Position numbers and translations under genes: made by a program | Notes under the pieces: model-generated | Database searches by the model: none | Told to the model about the DNA's origin: nothing | Seen by the model: only the letters and a program-made list of their open reading frames with translations | Part shown: piece after piece, positions 13,536-23,483 of the stretch | Layout: every line of letters starts with the position of its first letter | Numbering within the stretch: the first letter of the stretch is position 1 | Assembly: GCA_963718525.1 (NCBI GenBank) | Contig: OY970355.1 | Location: 1,056,001-1,120,000, forward strand | DNA from: Candidatus Dormiibacterota bacterium | GTDB taxonomy: Bacteria > Chloroflexota > Dormibacteria > Aeolococcales > Aeolococcaceae | Direction: 5' to 3' | Length of the DNA stretch: 64,000 nucleotides

Positions 13536-13812
13536 CCGACGAACCTCGTCGCCATCGCTCATCGTGCTGCTCGCCGATCTCGCTCTCGCGCTCGCGACGC
13601 AGACGACTCTCGCCGAGGGCGATGGGATGGCGTCGGTGGACATCAAGGTGAACCGCCTGCGCCCGGTCGCAGGCGACGGCAGCAGACTCGACGCCCGAGC
13701 CAAGGTGGTGCACCGGGGCCGCAGCCTCACCGTGAGCACCGCCGAGATCATCGGCGCCGACGGCCGGCCCGTGGCGCTCGCCACGGGCTCAGCCGCCCTG
13801 CTCGGGACCTGA
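13536..13812 (+). pseudogene. PaaI/hotdog thioesterase C-terminal fragment
   Basis: LLADLALALA...SVDIKVNRLRPV...AKVVHRGRSLTVSTAEI...VALATGS matches the C-terminal part of PaaI. The N-terminal HGG segment and a convincing start are missing. Confidence 0.6.
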
Positions 13813-13815
13813 GGG

Positions 13816-15504
13816 TCAGGCGATCTCCCGATCGCCGCCGCCGATTCGGGGTCGGCGAGCGTCCGGGCCCTGCACGCGAACGCCGAGGTCGCGCGCGATC
13901 TGGCGGCCATCGGGGCTACCCCACCCACTCGCCAGGTCCCAGCCGCGCCCGGCCCGGTACGGGCCGCCCGTGTCGCCAGAGGTGATGTCGTTGAAGCCGC
14001 GCCCGCGGCGCGCGTAGAGAGCCGGATGGGGCAGTCCGATGCGGTGCCCCAACTGCGCCGACACGAGCGTCCAGAGCGCCGTGTACATGGGAGCGACCGC
14101 GCTGGTGCCGCCGGTCGAACGGAGACGTCGTAACGCGACCACGTTCCAGCCAGTCAGCGGATCGGCATTGCCCGCCCCGTCGGGAAGTCCACGGCCGAGG
14201 GCAGCGCCATCGGCGGAACGCGGCCGGATTCCGAGCGCCGCCTGGTACGACGGGATCGGGAACACGGTGCTGACCCCGCTCCCCGCGGCTCCGGCACCGC
14301 GGGAGAGCTCGTTCCACACGGTCTCCGCCCGGATGCGGCCGCGAGCCGCGAGCAAGGTCGTCCCGCCGCACGCCCATGCATGTGGGCTGGATGCAGGGAA
14401 CTCCGGATGCTGATAGCCGTCGACCTCCGCATTGGTCGAGCCGGCATCGCCCGCCGCGGCGCTGAAGGTCACGCCGTGGAGCGCGCCCGTCGCGAATGCG
14501 GCGTCGAGCCCGCGCATGCCCTGTGGCGACCAGTGATCCTCCGGCGCCCCCCAGCTGATCGATACGGCGGCCGGATGGCGGATCGCATCGCTCGCAGCGG
14601 TCGCCGCTGCGTCGATGAACCCGCGTTCGCTGTTCGGCGCGTTGTAGCTGACGATGGTGAGATGCGCTTTCGGCGCCATGGCCGCCACGATGCTCCCGAT
14701 CACCTGGTAGTCGAGGGCGACTTCGACGTCCGCGCCGTCAGGGTCTGGACTTGGGGTTGCACCGTCCAGCCACACGTTGGTGATGTCCGGCGCGTTCAGG
14801 CCAAGGCGTGCGAAGGACGCTGCCAGGTCGAACGGGTGGACGACACCACCGAGCTCGATCATGGCCGCGACCAGCTCGAGGCCCTCACCGCCATTGGGCA
14901 GGCGTGGGAAGTCGTACAGCGAAGCGATCTGCGGGGGGTCGTACGAGAACACCGCGGACCGGCCGTCGTCCAGTCCGCGCACGTGCGAACGTGCCAGGGG
15001 TCGGTCGTCGAGCCCGTAGACGCCTTCGACGACGCGGTCGAGATGCGCGGGGAGGCGCACCGGTCCGAGGTGGCCGCGATATTCGACTGTGCGGCCATCC
15101 GGGCGCACCCAGCCGAAACGCTCCAGCTCGACTTCGAACGCGCGTGAGAGCTGCGCTGTGCTGCCCCGCAGCATCACCCGTCGCGTGGTCGGATCTTCAC
15201 CGGTGACCTCCAGGCCGGCGGCGGTCGCCCATCGGACCACGCGATCCCGGTCGGCGGCGTCGAAGCCGTGGCGCGCGTTCAGCTGGACGATGTCGAGGTG
15301 TCGCATGCTCGGGTCCGGGAGCGATTGCAGCCATGCGAGGCTCTCGGCTGTGGTCGGCCCGGTGGTGCGCTCGCGCAGCATGAGCGTCACCCCGGCATCG
15401 GCCTGCAGCTCCTCGGCGCTGAGCTTCCTGAGGTGTCGGTGGCCGGGGCGCGTGCCCCCGCCGGGGTGATAGGCGCTGCCGCGCAGCGGAACGGAGTCGG
15501 GCAT
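13816..15504 (-). CDS. S53 family (sedolisin/kumamolisin-like) serine peptidase with prodomain
   Basis: EVALD (Glu/Asp), SISWG, AAAGDAG, FPASSP, GGTSAVAP (catalytic Ser) and GWDLASGWGSP. Confidence 0.92.
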   Translation of the reverse strand: MPDSVPLRGSAYHPGGGTRPGHRHLRKLSAEELQADAGVTLMLRERTTGPTTAESLAWLQSLPDPSMRHLDIVQLNARHGFDAADRDRVVRWATAAGLEVTGEDPTTRRVMLRGSTAQLSRAFEVELERFGWVRPDGRTVEYRGHLGPVRLPAHLDRVVEGVYGLDDRPLARSHVRGLDDGRSAVFSYDPPQIASLYDFPRLPNGGEGLELVAAMIELGGVVHPFDLAASFARLGLNAPDITNVWLDGATPSPDPDGADVEVALDYQVIGSIVAAMAPKAHLTIVSYNAPNSERGFIDAAATAASDAIRHPAAVSISWGAPEDHWSPQGMRGLDAAFATGALHGVTFSAAAGDAGSTNAEVDGYQHPEFPASSPHAWACGGTTLLAARGRIRAETVWNELSRGAGAAGSGVSTVFPIPSYQAALGIRPRSADGAALGRGLPDGAGNADPLTGWNVVALRRLRSTGGTSAVAPMYTALWTLVSAQLGHRIGLPHPALYARRGRGFNDITSGDTGGPYRAGRGWDLASGWGSPDGRQIARDLGVRVQGPDARRPRIGGGDREIA

Positions 15505-15638
15505 GGTGGCCCCCCTCTCGAGGGCGTCGGGCGGGCGCCGCCATTGCGACGGCGCTGCATCCCGACGCGGAGCCGCCCATCATCGAGCGCCCTTCCGTAC
15601 AACCCGGGGACGTCTGCGAGACGCCGTCCCGGCTGACG

Positions 15639-17591
15639 TCAGGCGGGAATGCGCGTCCGCCCGATGGCGTCGATGGCGCCGTGGTTCTCGAGCGATGAGA
15701 GGTCGCCGGGATCGATCCCCAGGTAGACGGAGCGGACCACCCGGCGGAGCACCTTCGCGTTGCGCGTTTTGGGCAGTTCTGTCACGATCTCGACAGCGTG
15801 GGGAGCGAGCGCCTTGCCGAGGTCCTCGGCGACGCGCTGGGCCAGGGAAGTGCGCAGCTCGGCCGAGTTGGTGACACCGGGCTTGAGCACCACGAACACC
15901 ACCAGTGCCTCGCCCTTGAGCGGGTCGGGCACGCCGATCGCCGCGGCCTCGGCGACCGTCGGATGCGCAACCAGCGCCGACTCGACCTCGGCCGGCCCGA
16001 GCCGCTTGCCGGCAACCTTGATCGTGTCGTCGCTCCTCCCGCGCACGTACCAGAGCCCGTCAGCGTCCACCTCGACCCAGTCACCGTGCACCCAGACATC
16101 GGGCCAGCGCGACCAGTACGTGTCGAGGTAGCGCTCACGGTCGCGCCAGAACCCGTGTGTCATCCCCGGCCACGGCGCGCGAATCACGAGTTCGCCCACC
16201 CGCCCTCGAACGCTGGCGCCGTTCTCGTCGACGACGTCGGCGGCCATTCCCGGGCACGGGCCGGCGAACGCGCATGGTCGCAGCGGCGTGAGCATGTTGC
16301 CCGCGAGGATCCCGCCGGAAATCTCGGTGCCGCCCGAGTAGTTGATCACCGGCAGTCTGCCACCGCCGACCTTCTGCTGATACCACAGCCACGGGTCGGT
16401 GTTCCACGGCTCTCCAGTCGATCCCAGGACGCGCAGTGACGAAAGATCGTGAGCCGCGACAGGCCCATCGCCGTGGCGCATGAGCGCTCGAATCACCGTC
16501 GGCGCAACCCCCAGCACAGTGACGCGATGTCGCTCCACGACCGACCACAGGCGATCGGGACCCGGATGGTCAGGGACGCCGTCGAAGAGCACCAGGGTCG
16601 CGCCGATGCTGAGCGCACCGCAGATCGCCCACGGACCCATCATCCAGCCGATGTCGGTGAACCAAAGCAACCGGTCGTGCTCGCCGACATCGAAGCAGTG
16701 GGCCATGTCCTGGGTCGCCTTCACGGGAAACCCGCCGTGGACGTGGACGGTGCCCTTGGGCCGCCCGGTGGTGCCGCTCGTGTAGATGATCATGAACGTC
16801 GAATCCGCGTCGGTATCCGCGATTGGCGGACCGTCTGCGAAGTCGTCGGCCACGGCGCCATAGACGACGTCGCGACCGGCCTGCATCGGCACGGACGTGC
16901 CGAGCTGCCGCACCACCAGGATGTGCTCGAGTGACGGCAGCTGGCCGGCAGCCTCATCGGCGACCGCCTTCATGTCGACGGTGCGCCCGCGCCGCGTGAA
17001 TCCGTCAACAACGACAAGAACCTTGGCGTCGCAATCGCCAAGCCGGGAGACGATGGCACCGGCGCCGTATCCGCTGAAGAGAGGAACCACCATGGCTCCG
17101 AGCCACGCGCATGCGAGGAACACCGCGACCGTCTCGGGGATCATCGGCAGGCAGACGCCGACGCCGTCCCCGGCGCGGATGCCGAGCGTGTGCAGCCGTG
17201 ATGCCGCAAACGACGTCTCGCGCTCGAGGCGCGCGTACGTCCATTCCCGAGTGCCGCCGTCGTCGCCCTCCCACACGACCGCGATGCGGTCCGGGGCGTG
17301 CCGCGCCCAGCGCGTGACCGCGTTGTGTGCGAGGTTGAGCCTGCCCCCACGCCAGAAACGGGTCCAGGGGAGCCCGGACGACGTGTCCATGGCGACATCG
17401 AATCGCTGCGTCCACTCCACGCCGATGTCATCCACCATGGCGGTCCAGAAACGCTGCGGATCGTCCCGGGCGATGCGCGCGATCCCGTCGAGATCGCCCG
17501 CGCCGAGGTTGTCGATGAAGTGCCTGATGCGCGAAGCGCCCGCCTGCTCGGCCGTCGGGGTCCACGCGAATGGCGAGTCGCTGCCGCTCAT
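15639..17591 (-). CDS. Acetate/acyl-CoA ligase (AMP-binding)
   Basis: YTSGTTGRPKG, TDIGWMMG, GRSDDTIKVAGKRLGPAEVE and LPKTRNAK motifs. Confidence 0.92.
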   Translation of the reverse strand: MSGSDSPFAWTPTAEQAGASRIRHFIDNLGAGDLDGIARIARDDPQRFWTAMVDDIGVEWTQRFDVAMDTSSGLPWTRFWRGGRLNLAHNAVTRWARHAPDRIAVVWEGDDGGTREWTYARLERETSFAASRLHTLGIRAGDGVGVCLPMIPETVAVFLACAWLGAMVVPLFSGYGAGAIVSRLGDCDAKVLVVVDGFTRRGRTVDMKAVADEAAGQLPSLEHILVVRQLGTSVPMQAGRDVVYGAVADDFADGPPIADTDADSTFMIIYTSGTTGRPKGTVHVHGGFPVKATQDMAHCFDVGEHDRLLWFTDIGWMMGPWAICGALSIGATLVLFDGVPDHPGPDRLWSVVERHRVTVLGVAPTVIRALMRHGDGPVAAHDLSSLRVLGSTGEPWNTDPWLWYQQKVGGGRLPVINYSGGTEISGGILAGNMLTPLRPCAFAGPCPGMAADVVDENGASVRGRVGELVIRAPWPGMTHGFWRDRERYLDTYWSRWPDVWVHGDWVEVDADGLWYVRGRSDDTIKVAGKRLGPAEVESALVAHPTVAEAAAIGVPDPLKGEALVVFVVLKPGVTNSAELRTSLAQRVAEDLGKALAPHAVEIVTELPKTRNAKVLRRVVRSVYLGIDPGDLSSLENHGAIDAIGRTRIPA

Positions 17592-17614
17592 CTCGCAGTG
17601 ACCATAGCGCGTGG

Positions 17615-18601
17615 TCAGCGGTCGATCGCTGCCATGTCCCAGTGGCGATCACCGCGAACGCTGTCGGGGGTGACCGCGGCTTCGAGTCGCGCAATGTCGG
17701 CCGCATCGAGGACGATGTCGGCGGCGCCGGCATTCTCCTCCAGACGGGAGCGGCGCTTGGTGCCCGGGATCGGGACGACGTCGGTGCCCCGGTGGAGCAG
17801 CCATGCGAGCGCCAGTTGTGCGGCGGTCACGCCAGCCTCGGAAGCGATGTCCCCGATGCGCGAGGCGACCGCCAGGTTGGCTTCGAAGTTGCCCACGGCA
17901 AACCGGGGGAAGCGGCTGCCTCGCGTGTCCAACTCCGCGAGCGTGTCGGGGTTCACCGCGCCGGTGAGGATGCCGCGTCCAAGCGGGCTGTACGCGACAA
18001 AACCGATGCCGAGCTCGCGCATCGCCGGCAGGACGGACTCCTCGACATCACGCGAGAACAGCGAGTACTCGGACTGCACAGCCGAGATCGGGTGGACGGC
18101 GTTGGCCCTGCGGATGGTATCCGGACCGGCTTCGCTCAAGCCGAGAAAGCGAACCTTGCCCGCATGGACCAGCTCGGCCATCGCGCCGACGGTCTCCTCG
18201 ATGGGCACCGAGCGATCGAGCCGGTGCTGGTAGTAGAGGTCGATGACGTCGATATCGAGGCGGTGAAGCGAAGCGTCGCACGCTTGATGCACGTGGTCCG
18301 GACGCCCGTTGATGGTTTGCGAACCGTCAGCGCTGCGCACGAAACCGAACTTGGTGGCCACGACGTACTGATCGCGGCGTCCGGTGAGGGCTCTGCCGAC
18401 CAGCTCCTCGTTGGTGAACGGGCCGTACTGGTCGGCGGTATCGAGGAGCGTGATGCCGAGCTCCGCAGCGCGATCGATGGTTGCGATCGCCTCGCCTGCA
18501 TCGCGTTCTTCGGCAGTGCCGTAGAAGTCCGACATGCCCATGCAGCCGAGCCCCAGCGCGGAAACCTCCAATCCCTGCGTCCCAAGCGAGCGCAGCTCCA
18601 C
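17615..18601 (-). CDS. Aldo/keto reductase
   Basis: [28 protein letters not shown] and PIPGTK motifs; AGGAGG RBS upstream. Confidence 0.95.
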   Translation of the reverse strand: MELRSLGTQGLEVSALGLGCMGMSDFYGTAEERDAGEAIATIDRAAELGITLLDTADQYGPFTNEELVGRALTGRRDQYVVATKFGFVRSADGSQTINGRPDHVHQACDASLHRLDIDVIDLYYQHRLDRSVPIEETVGAMAELVHAGKVRFLGLSEAGPDTIRRANAVHPISAVQSEYSLFSRDVEESVLPAMRELGIGFVAYSPLGRGILTGAVNPDTLAELDTRGSRFPRFAVGNFEANLAVASRIGDIASEAGVTAAQLALAWLLHRGTDVVPIPGTKRRSRLEENAGAADIVLDAADIARLEAAVTPDSVRGDRHWDMAAIDR

Positions 18602-18660
18602 GTTCCATTACCTCCTGATGCGTCGTCCCCAGAATGGAAGGATGAGCGAAGGGGGATCGG

Positions 18661-19923
18661 CTATGCCACCTGAGTGATGGTGGGCATCGATGCTCGGGCG
18701 GCGCGGCGGGTGTCGACCCACCCATAGATCGTGGCAGCGACCGCGGTGAGTCCGGCGACGAGGAACGCTAGCTGCGTGCCGCCGATCTCGGCGAGCCACC
18801 CGGCGAGAAGACCACCCAACGGGGCGGTCCCGAAGAACACGTATCCGTAGATGCCGAGAACGCGCCCGCGCATCTGATCGGTGACCGCCAGCTGCAGGGT
18901 GGCATTGGCCTGCGATGAGTAGAGCGTGAATGCGATGCCGGTGATCACGAGGGCGAGACCCGCGGCCCACACCACGTGCAGCGGCGCGAGCGCGATCTCG
19001 GATACAGAGAACAGCGCGGCGCCGATGAGCATCGTGTGCCGGCTCGCCCGGCCGAGCGAGGCCGAGAAGAGCGCGCCCACCAGCGCGCCGAATCCGAAGA
19101 GTGCGGACAGGATGCCGAAGATCTCCGGTCCGCTGTTGAGCGTCCGCGACGCGAGGACGGGGAGGAGCACATTGAAGTTCATGCTGATCGTCGCGATCAT
19201 CAGCATCATGACGAGCACCGAGCGGATCACCGGCTTGCGCCATGCGAACTTCAGCCCCTCGAGCGATCCGCGCAGCACGTTGTGGTTGCGCTGATCCTTG
19301 CGAACCGGAAACAGCTGGTCGACGCGCATCGCCCAGAGTGCGGCGAGGACGGCGAGATAGCTGATCGCGTTGATCAGAAAGCAGATTCCGACCCCGGCGA
19401 CGGCGATCAGACCGCCGGCGATGGCGGGTCCCACGATACGCGAGGCGTTGAAAAGGCTGGAATTCAAGGCCACGGCATTGGGGAGCTCGTCACGTCCGAC
19501 CATCTGGATGGTGAACGCCTGGCGCACCGGCATGTCGAGCACGGTGATCATTCCGGTGGCCGTCGCGATGGCGTACACCTCCCACACGGTTGCGTGCCCG
19601 GTGAGCGTGAGCCCGGCGAGGAGCGCCGCCGTGACCATGAACGCCGCCTGCGTGCCGACCAGCACCTTGCGCTGATCGAGCTTGTCTGCGAACGCGCCGC
19701 CGAAGAGGCCGAAGAGCCCGTACGGGCCGAACTGGCACACGGCGAGGAGCCCGACCGCGAGCGGCGAGTGCGTGTTCTGCACGACGAACCACGCTTGCGC
19801 CACGCTCTGCATCCAGGTGCCGCTGATGGAAACGACCTGCCCGAAGAAATAGAGGCGGTAGTTGTAGTGGCGGCGCAGGCTCATGAAGGTGCGCGCCGCG
19901 GCGTTGCCGATGCCGAGACTCAT
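18661..19923 (-). CDS. MFS transporter
   Basis: Multi-TM protein with GQVVSISGTWMQ, NAVALNS and MRGRV motifs; coupled to the MarR stop (ATGA). Confidence 0.92.
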   Translation of the reverse strand: MSLGIGNAAARTFMSLRRHYNYRLYFFGQVVSISGTWMQSVAQAWFVVQNTHSPLAVGLLAVCQFGPYGLFGLFGGAFADKLDQRKVLVGTQAAFMVTAALLAGLTLTGHATVWEVYAIATATGMITVLDMPVRQAFTIQMVGRDELPNAVALNSSLFNASRIVGPAIAGGLIAVAGVGICFLINAISYLAVLAALWAMRVDQLFPVRKDQRNHNVLRGSLEGLKFAWRKPVIRSVLVMMLMIATISMNFNVLLPVLASRTLNSGPEIFGILSALFGFGALVGALFSASLGRASRHTMLIGAALFSVSEIALAPLHVVWAAGLALVITGIAFTLYSSQANATLQLAVTDQMRGRVLGIYGYVFFGTAPLGGLLAGWLAEIGGTQLAFLVAGLTAVAATIYGWVDTRRAARASMPTITQVA

Positions 19924-20366
19924 TCGGGCTGGGCCAGGAGCGCCTCGAGCGGCGCGATCGCCGCAGCCACGGCTGCGAGGTCGGTGTCGATGAGCTTGCC
20001 AAGGCGGGCTGACAACCAGGCGGTGCGCTTGGATCGGATCACCCTGAGAACCCGCTGACCCTCGGGCGTGACCTCGAGGTCCACCCTGCGTCGGTCTCGT
20101 TCCGCCTGACGCCGAGTGACCAGGCCTGACGCCTCGAGGCGATCGATGTGGGTGCACACCGAGGGCATCGACATGCCTTCCCTGGTGGCGAGCTCGGCGA
20201 CCCCGACGCCGGGATGGCCGTCGATGAGCCCGAGCAGTGAGAGCTGTCCGGGGGAGACGCCGGATGTGTGCACCTCGCGGCGCAGCTGCCGGTTGAGGTG
20301 GAGCAGCACAGGGCGCAGCCGGTTGGCGACGTCGACGGGGTTGCTTGCAACGGTTGTTGTGGGAAT
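19920..20366 (-). CDS. MarR family transcriptional regulator (putative ATT start)
   Basis: ELATREGMSMPSVCTHIDRLEASGLV...DRRRVDLEVTPEG winged helix. No nearby in-frame ATG/GTG/TTG before the first helix. Confidence 0.85.
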   Translation of the reverse strand: MPTTTVASNPVDVANRLRPVLLHLNRQLRREVHTSGVSPGQLSLLGLIDGHPGVGVAELATREGMSMPSVCTHIDRLEASGLVTRRQAERDRRRVDLEVTPEGQRVLRVIRSKRTAWLSARLGKLIDTDLAAVAAAIAPLEALLAQPE

Positions 20367-20372
20367 GAGTTG

Positions 20373-20391
20373 ATTATATAGCCTAACTAAT
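20373..20391 (-). promoter_or_regulatory. TATAAT -10 element overlapped by an imperfect palindrome (likely MarR operator)
   Basis: ATTATATAGCCTAACTAAT pairs at 7 of 9 positions. It is an AT-rich island just upstream of marR, and the minus strand reads TATAAT at 20378-20373. Confidence 0.7.
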
Positions 20392-20485
20392 CTTCTGGCA
20401 ACCCCTCGCCGCCGATGGGAACCCTGCGGTATCTCCGCGCGTCTCGTTGTCCACACGATGTGCCACCGCCTGGAGGGTCCCTGAG

Positions 20486-21571
20486 ATGCGCAAGTTGCTG
20501 TTCGCCGGCTTCGGTGTCGTCGCGGCTGTGGTCCTGCAGGCGGGTCAGGCATTTGCGTGCGGAGGACTGGTGGCGCCCGATGGCGACGTCCACCTTGCCA
20601 AGGCGACAACATTCGTCGCCTGGTCAGGTGGCGTCGAGCACTACGTCACCAGCTTTGCCTACACCGGCGCGGTGACCGACGTGGGATGGATCGTGCCGCT
20701 CCCCGCGATCCCGACGTCGGTCACCGAGGCGGGCGCCTGGACGCTGCAGCGATTGGAACGTGAATTCGCTCCACCAGTGGCGTTTCCGGACTCTCTTCAA
20801 GTTGCAGCGGCCGCGGGCGCGCCCGCGGTCGTGATCGAGCAGGTGCAGGTCGAGGCGCTCGACGTCACCGTCCTCAAGGGAAGCGGTCAGGCCGTCATCG
20901 ATTGGTGCACCCACAACGGGTTCCTGGTGTCGCCGGAGATCGAAGCGCACCTGCTCCGCTACGCGTCATCCAGCCCCGTCTTCATGGCCGCGAAATACAA
21001 CACGTCGCTCGCGCTCCAGCGTCACCAGCAGGCAGGCGACGGCGTGCCGCTCCTGATCACGATGCACACGCCGCACCTCTGGGTCCCGCTCGAGATTCTC
21101 GCCAACGCCGGAGCCCCCGTGAACGCGGACCTCTTCCTGCTCACCGACCAGCCCGTTCACATCGCGAACGGAGTGGCCGTGACATCGAGTCTCGCCGACG
21201 GCGCCACCCTGGACGGCGCGGCGGGGTTCACGGTGGCCGGTGTCGAGCCGATGAGCGCGAGCCTGCACCACGATCTCTCCATCGACCGGAACATGTCGTG
21301 GGTGCCATCGCGCGGGTACGTGACCTACCTCACCTTGAACGCGCCCGGAGCCACGGTCACCTACGACCTTGGAGTCGGATCCGACAGCGTCATCAGGCTC
21401 GCATCATTCGGATCGACGCTCGCGAATCTCGGCGGCACGGGTGCGATTCCGGTGACCTCCGATCAATCGGACGTGCTCTTCCCCGCGCTGCTCATCGCCG
21501 GGACCATCGTCATCGTGCTTCCACTGGCGGTCTGGCAGCTCCGGCCTCGCCGCGCGTCTGTCAGAGGTTGA
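20486..21571 (+). CDS. DUF2330-like exported protein with C-terminal anchor
   Basis: Signal peptide ending AFA-CGG, VGWIVPLP and FMAAKY motifs, C-terminal TM plus basic tail; GGAGG RBS. Confidence 0.75.
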   Translation: MRKLLFAGFGVVAAVVLQAGQAFACGGLVAPDGDVHLAKATTFVAWSGGVEHYVTSFAYTGAVTDVGWIVPLPAIPTSVTEAGAWTLQRLEREFAPPVAFPDSLQVAAAAGAPAVVIEQVQVEALDVTVLKGSGQAVIDWCTHNGFLVSPEIEAHLLRYASSSPVFMAAKYNTSLALQRHQQAGDGVPLLITMHTPHLWVPLEILANAGAPVNADLFLLTDQPVHIANGVAVTSSLADGATLDGAAGFTVAGVEPMSASLHHDLSIDRNMSWVPSRGYVTYLTLNAPGATVTYDLGVGSDSVIRLASFGSTLANLGGTGAIPVTSDQSDVLFPALLIAGTIVIVLPLAVWQLRPRRASVRG

Positions 21572-23483
21572 GGATCGCGACCGGCGTGATGTCCTCGTCG
21601 AGCGTCATGCCGGTCACCGTCGCGAAGAAGTACAGCTGAGCGTCGAGGGTCCGCGCGATGTTCGCGGCCTCCCGGAAGCCATGCTGCTCGCCGGGATATC
21701 CGATGTACGCACACGGGACTCCCGCGCTCTGCAGGGCCGTGAACATCATCTCCGCCTGGTTCGCCGGGACCACCGGGTCATCGAGACCCTGGAGCAGCAG
21801 CACCGCACCACGCACCTGATCGATGAAGTGCACCGGCGAGCGGTCGTACATGCCGCGACCTTTCGGTAGCGGTGCGTCGTAGCGGGCTTCGAACTTGTGG
21901 CCGGCTGTCGCGAAGAGCGCCTCCAGGTCAGCGATGCCGAAGAGGCTCGCGCCCGCCTGAAACACATCGTGGAATGTCATCGCGCAGAGCACCACGTACC
22001 CGCCGGCGCTGCCGCCGTGGATGAACAGCCGGTCGGGGTCGACAGCGCCGCGGTCGACAAGATCGAGCGCGCCGGCCAGGCAGTCGCCGACATCGACGAC
22101 ACCCCACTGCTCATTGAGCCGATCGCGGTAGGTCCGGCCGTACCCGGTGCTCCCGCCGTAGTCGACGTCGAGATACGCGAAGCCGCGGCTGGTCCAGAAC
22201 TGCACCGAAGGATCGAGCGCAAAGTTCGTTGCCGACGTCGGTCCGCCATGCGCGCGCAGCAGCAGCGGTGGCTTGCGACCGGGGGCGCTCTCGACGGCGT
22301 CGTTGCGCGGCGCGTAATACCAGGCGTGTGCCGTGGCTCCGCCGTACCCCGGGAAGGTCACGTGGCGCGGTCTCGACAGGATCGATGCATCGATGGCCAC
22401 ATCGGCGCTTTCCGACCCGACGATGCGGTGCTCGCCGGTGGCGAGGTTGTAGCGGACGACAGCAAGCGGTGCGTCCGGTGTTCCCGCATCGAAGAGGACG
22501 TCGTCGCCCTTTGCAGCGACGTGCAACCCAAAGGCCGTGTACGGAACGTCAATTCGTTGCAGCTCCCCCGACCCATCGAGCACGAACAACTCCCATCCGC
22601 CGTCCCGGCACGCCCAGAGCACGATGCGCCCGTCGCCGCAGAACGCGTAGGTCGAAAGTCCGAACACCCACTGCGCCGCCCCACACTCGGCCTGCATCGG
22701 CGCGAGTGCGTCGGTCGACGCCCCATCCCAGCGATACAGGTTCCACCACCCGGTTCTGTCTGACGTGAAGTGCACGACGGACTCCCGGGACCACGACGGC
22801 TGAAAGATCAACTCGGCCTGGCCGCCGGCAACCAGGCTTGGGTCGCGAGGCATCCCGTGACCGTCAAGGCTCGCAACCCAGAGCTCGCATCCGTCCCACG
22901 GCATGTTGGGCTGGTTCCAGGTGAGCCACAGCAGGCTTCTGCCATCAGGACTGACCCGGGGTGTCGAGTAGAAATCGTTGCCGGCGACGAGCGAGATGGG
23001 GTCGCCACCGCCAAGTGGGATCGCCCGCACATCGTTCACGACCAACTCGCCGCGGTGGTCCTCGACGACGCAGATGAGGCGGTCCCGCGTGGCGTCGATC
23101 TCCAAGTCGGCATAGCGAAGGCCCGGGTCGACCGGCGTCAACGGCTCCGGCGCGCCGCCCGGCGCGACGCGGTTGATGCGGCCGTCGGCGGCATTGGAGA
23201 AGTACACGGTACCGTCGTGCGCCAGCATCGCCCCGCCGCCGTACTCGTGCACCCAGGTACGAGCCGAGTTGGGCGGGGCGATGACGTCCGAGGTCACCCC
23301 GCCGTGCTCGCGCACGATCACGCAGCGGCCGTGCTCGAGAGGGCGACCCTCGATCCAGTAGGCATCACCGCCGCTGAGTTGCACATCCATCAGCCGCTTC
23401 CGCCCTGCCGCCGCGAGCTGCGCCGTGATCGGGGATGGCCAGACGGCCGACGTTGCGACGGCGTCCCTGGCGCGCAGGGTCAT
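21561..23483 (-). CDS. S9 family peptidase (prolyl oligopeptidase / acylaminoacyl-peptidase-like)
   Basis: VHEYGGG, HGGPT, YGGSTGYG, GGSAGG (catalytic Ser), QGLDDPVVP and EQHGFR. Confidence 0.93.
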   Translation of the reverse strand: MTLRARDAVATSAVWPSPITAQLAAAGRKRLMDVQLSGGDAYWIEGRPLEHGRCVIVREHGGVTSDVIAPPNSARTWVHEYGGGAMLAHDGTVYFSNAADGRINRVAPGGAPEPLTPVDPGLRYADLEIDATRDRLICVVEDHRGELVVNDVRAIPLGGGDPISLVAGNDFYSTPRVSPDGRSLLWLTWNQPNMPWDGCELWVASLDGHGMPRDPSLVAGGQAELIFQPSWSRESVVHFTSDRTGWWNLYRWDGASTDALAPMQAECGAAQWVFGLSTYAFCGDGRIVLWACRDGGWELFVLDGSGELQRIDVPYTAFGLHVAAKGDDVLFDAGTPDAPLAVVRYNLATGEHRIVGSESADVAIDASILSRPRHVTFPGYGGATAHAWYYAPRNDAVESAPGRKPPLLLRAHGGPTSATNFALDPSVQFWTSRGFAYLDVDYGGSTGYGRTYRDRLNEQWGVVDVGDCLAGALDLVDRGAVDPDRLFIHGGSAGGYVVLCAMTFHDVFQAGASLFGIADLEALFATAGHKFEARYDAPLPKGRGMYDRSPVHFIDQVRGAVLLLQGLDDPVVPANQAEMMFTALQSAGVPCAYIGYPGEQHGFREAANIARTLDAQLYFFATVTGMTLDEDITPVAILNL

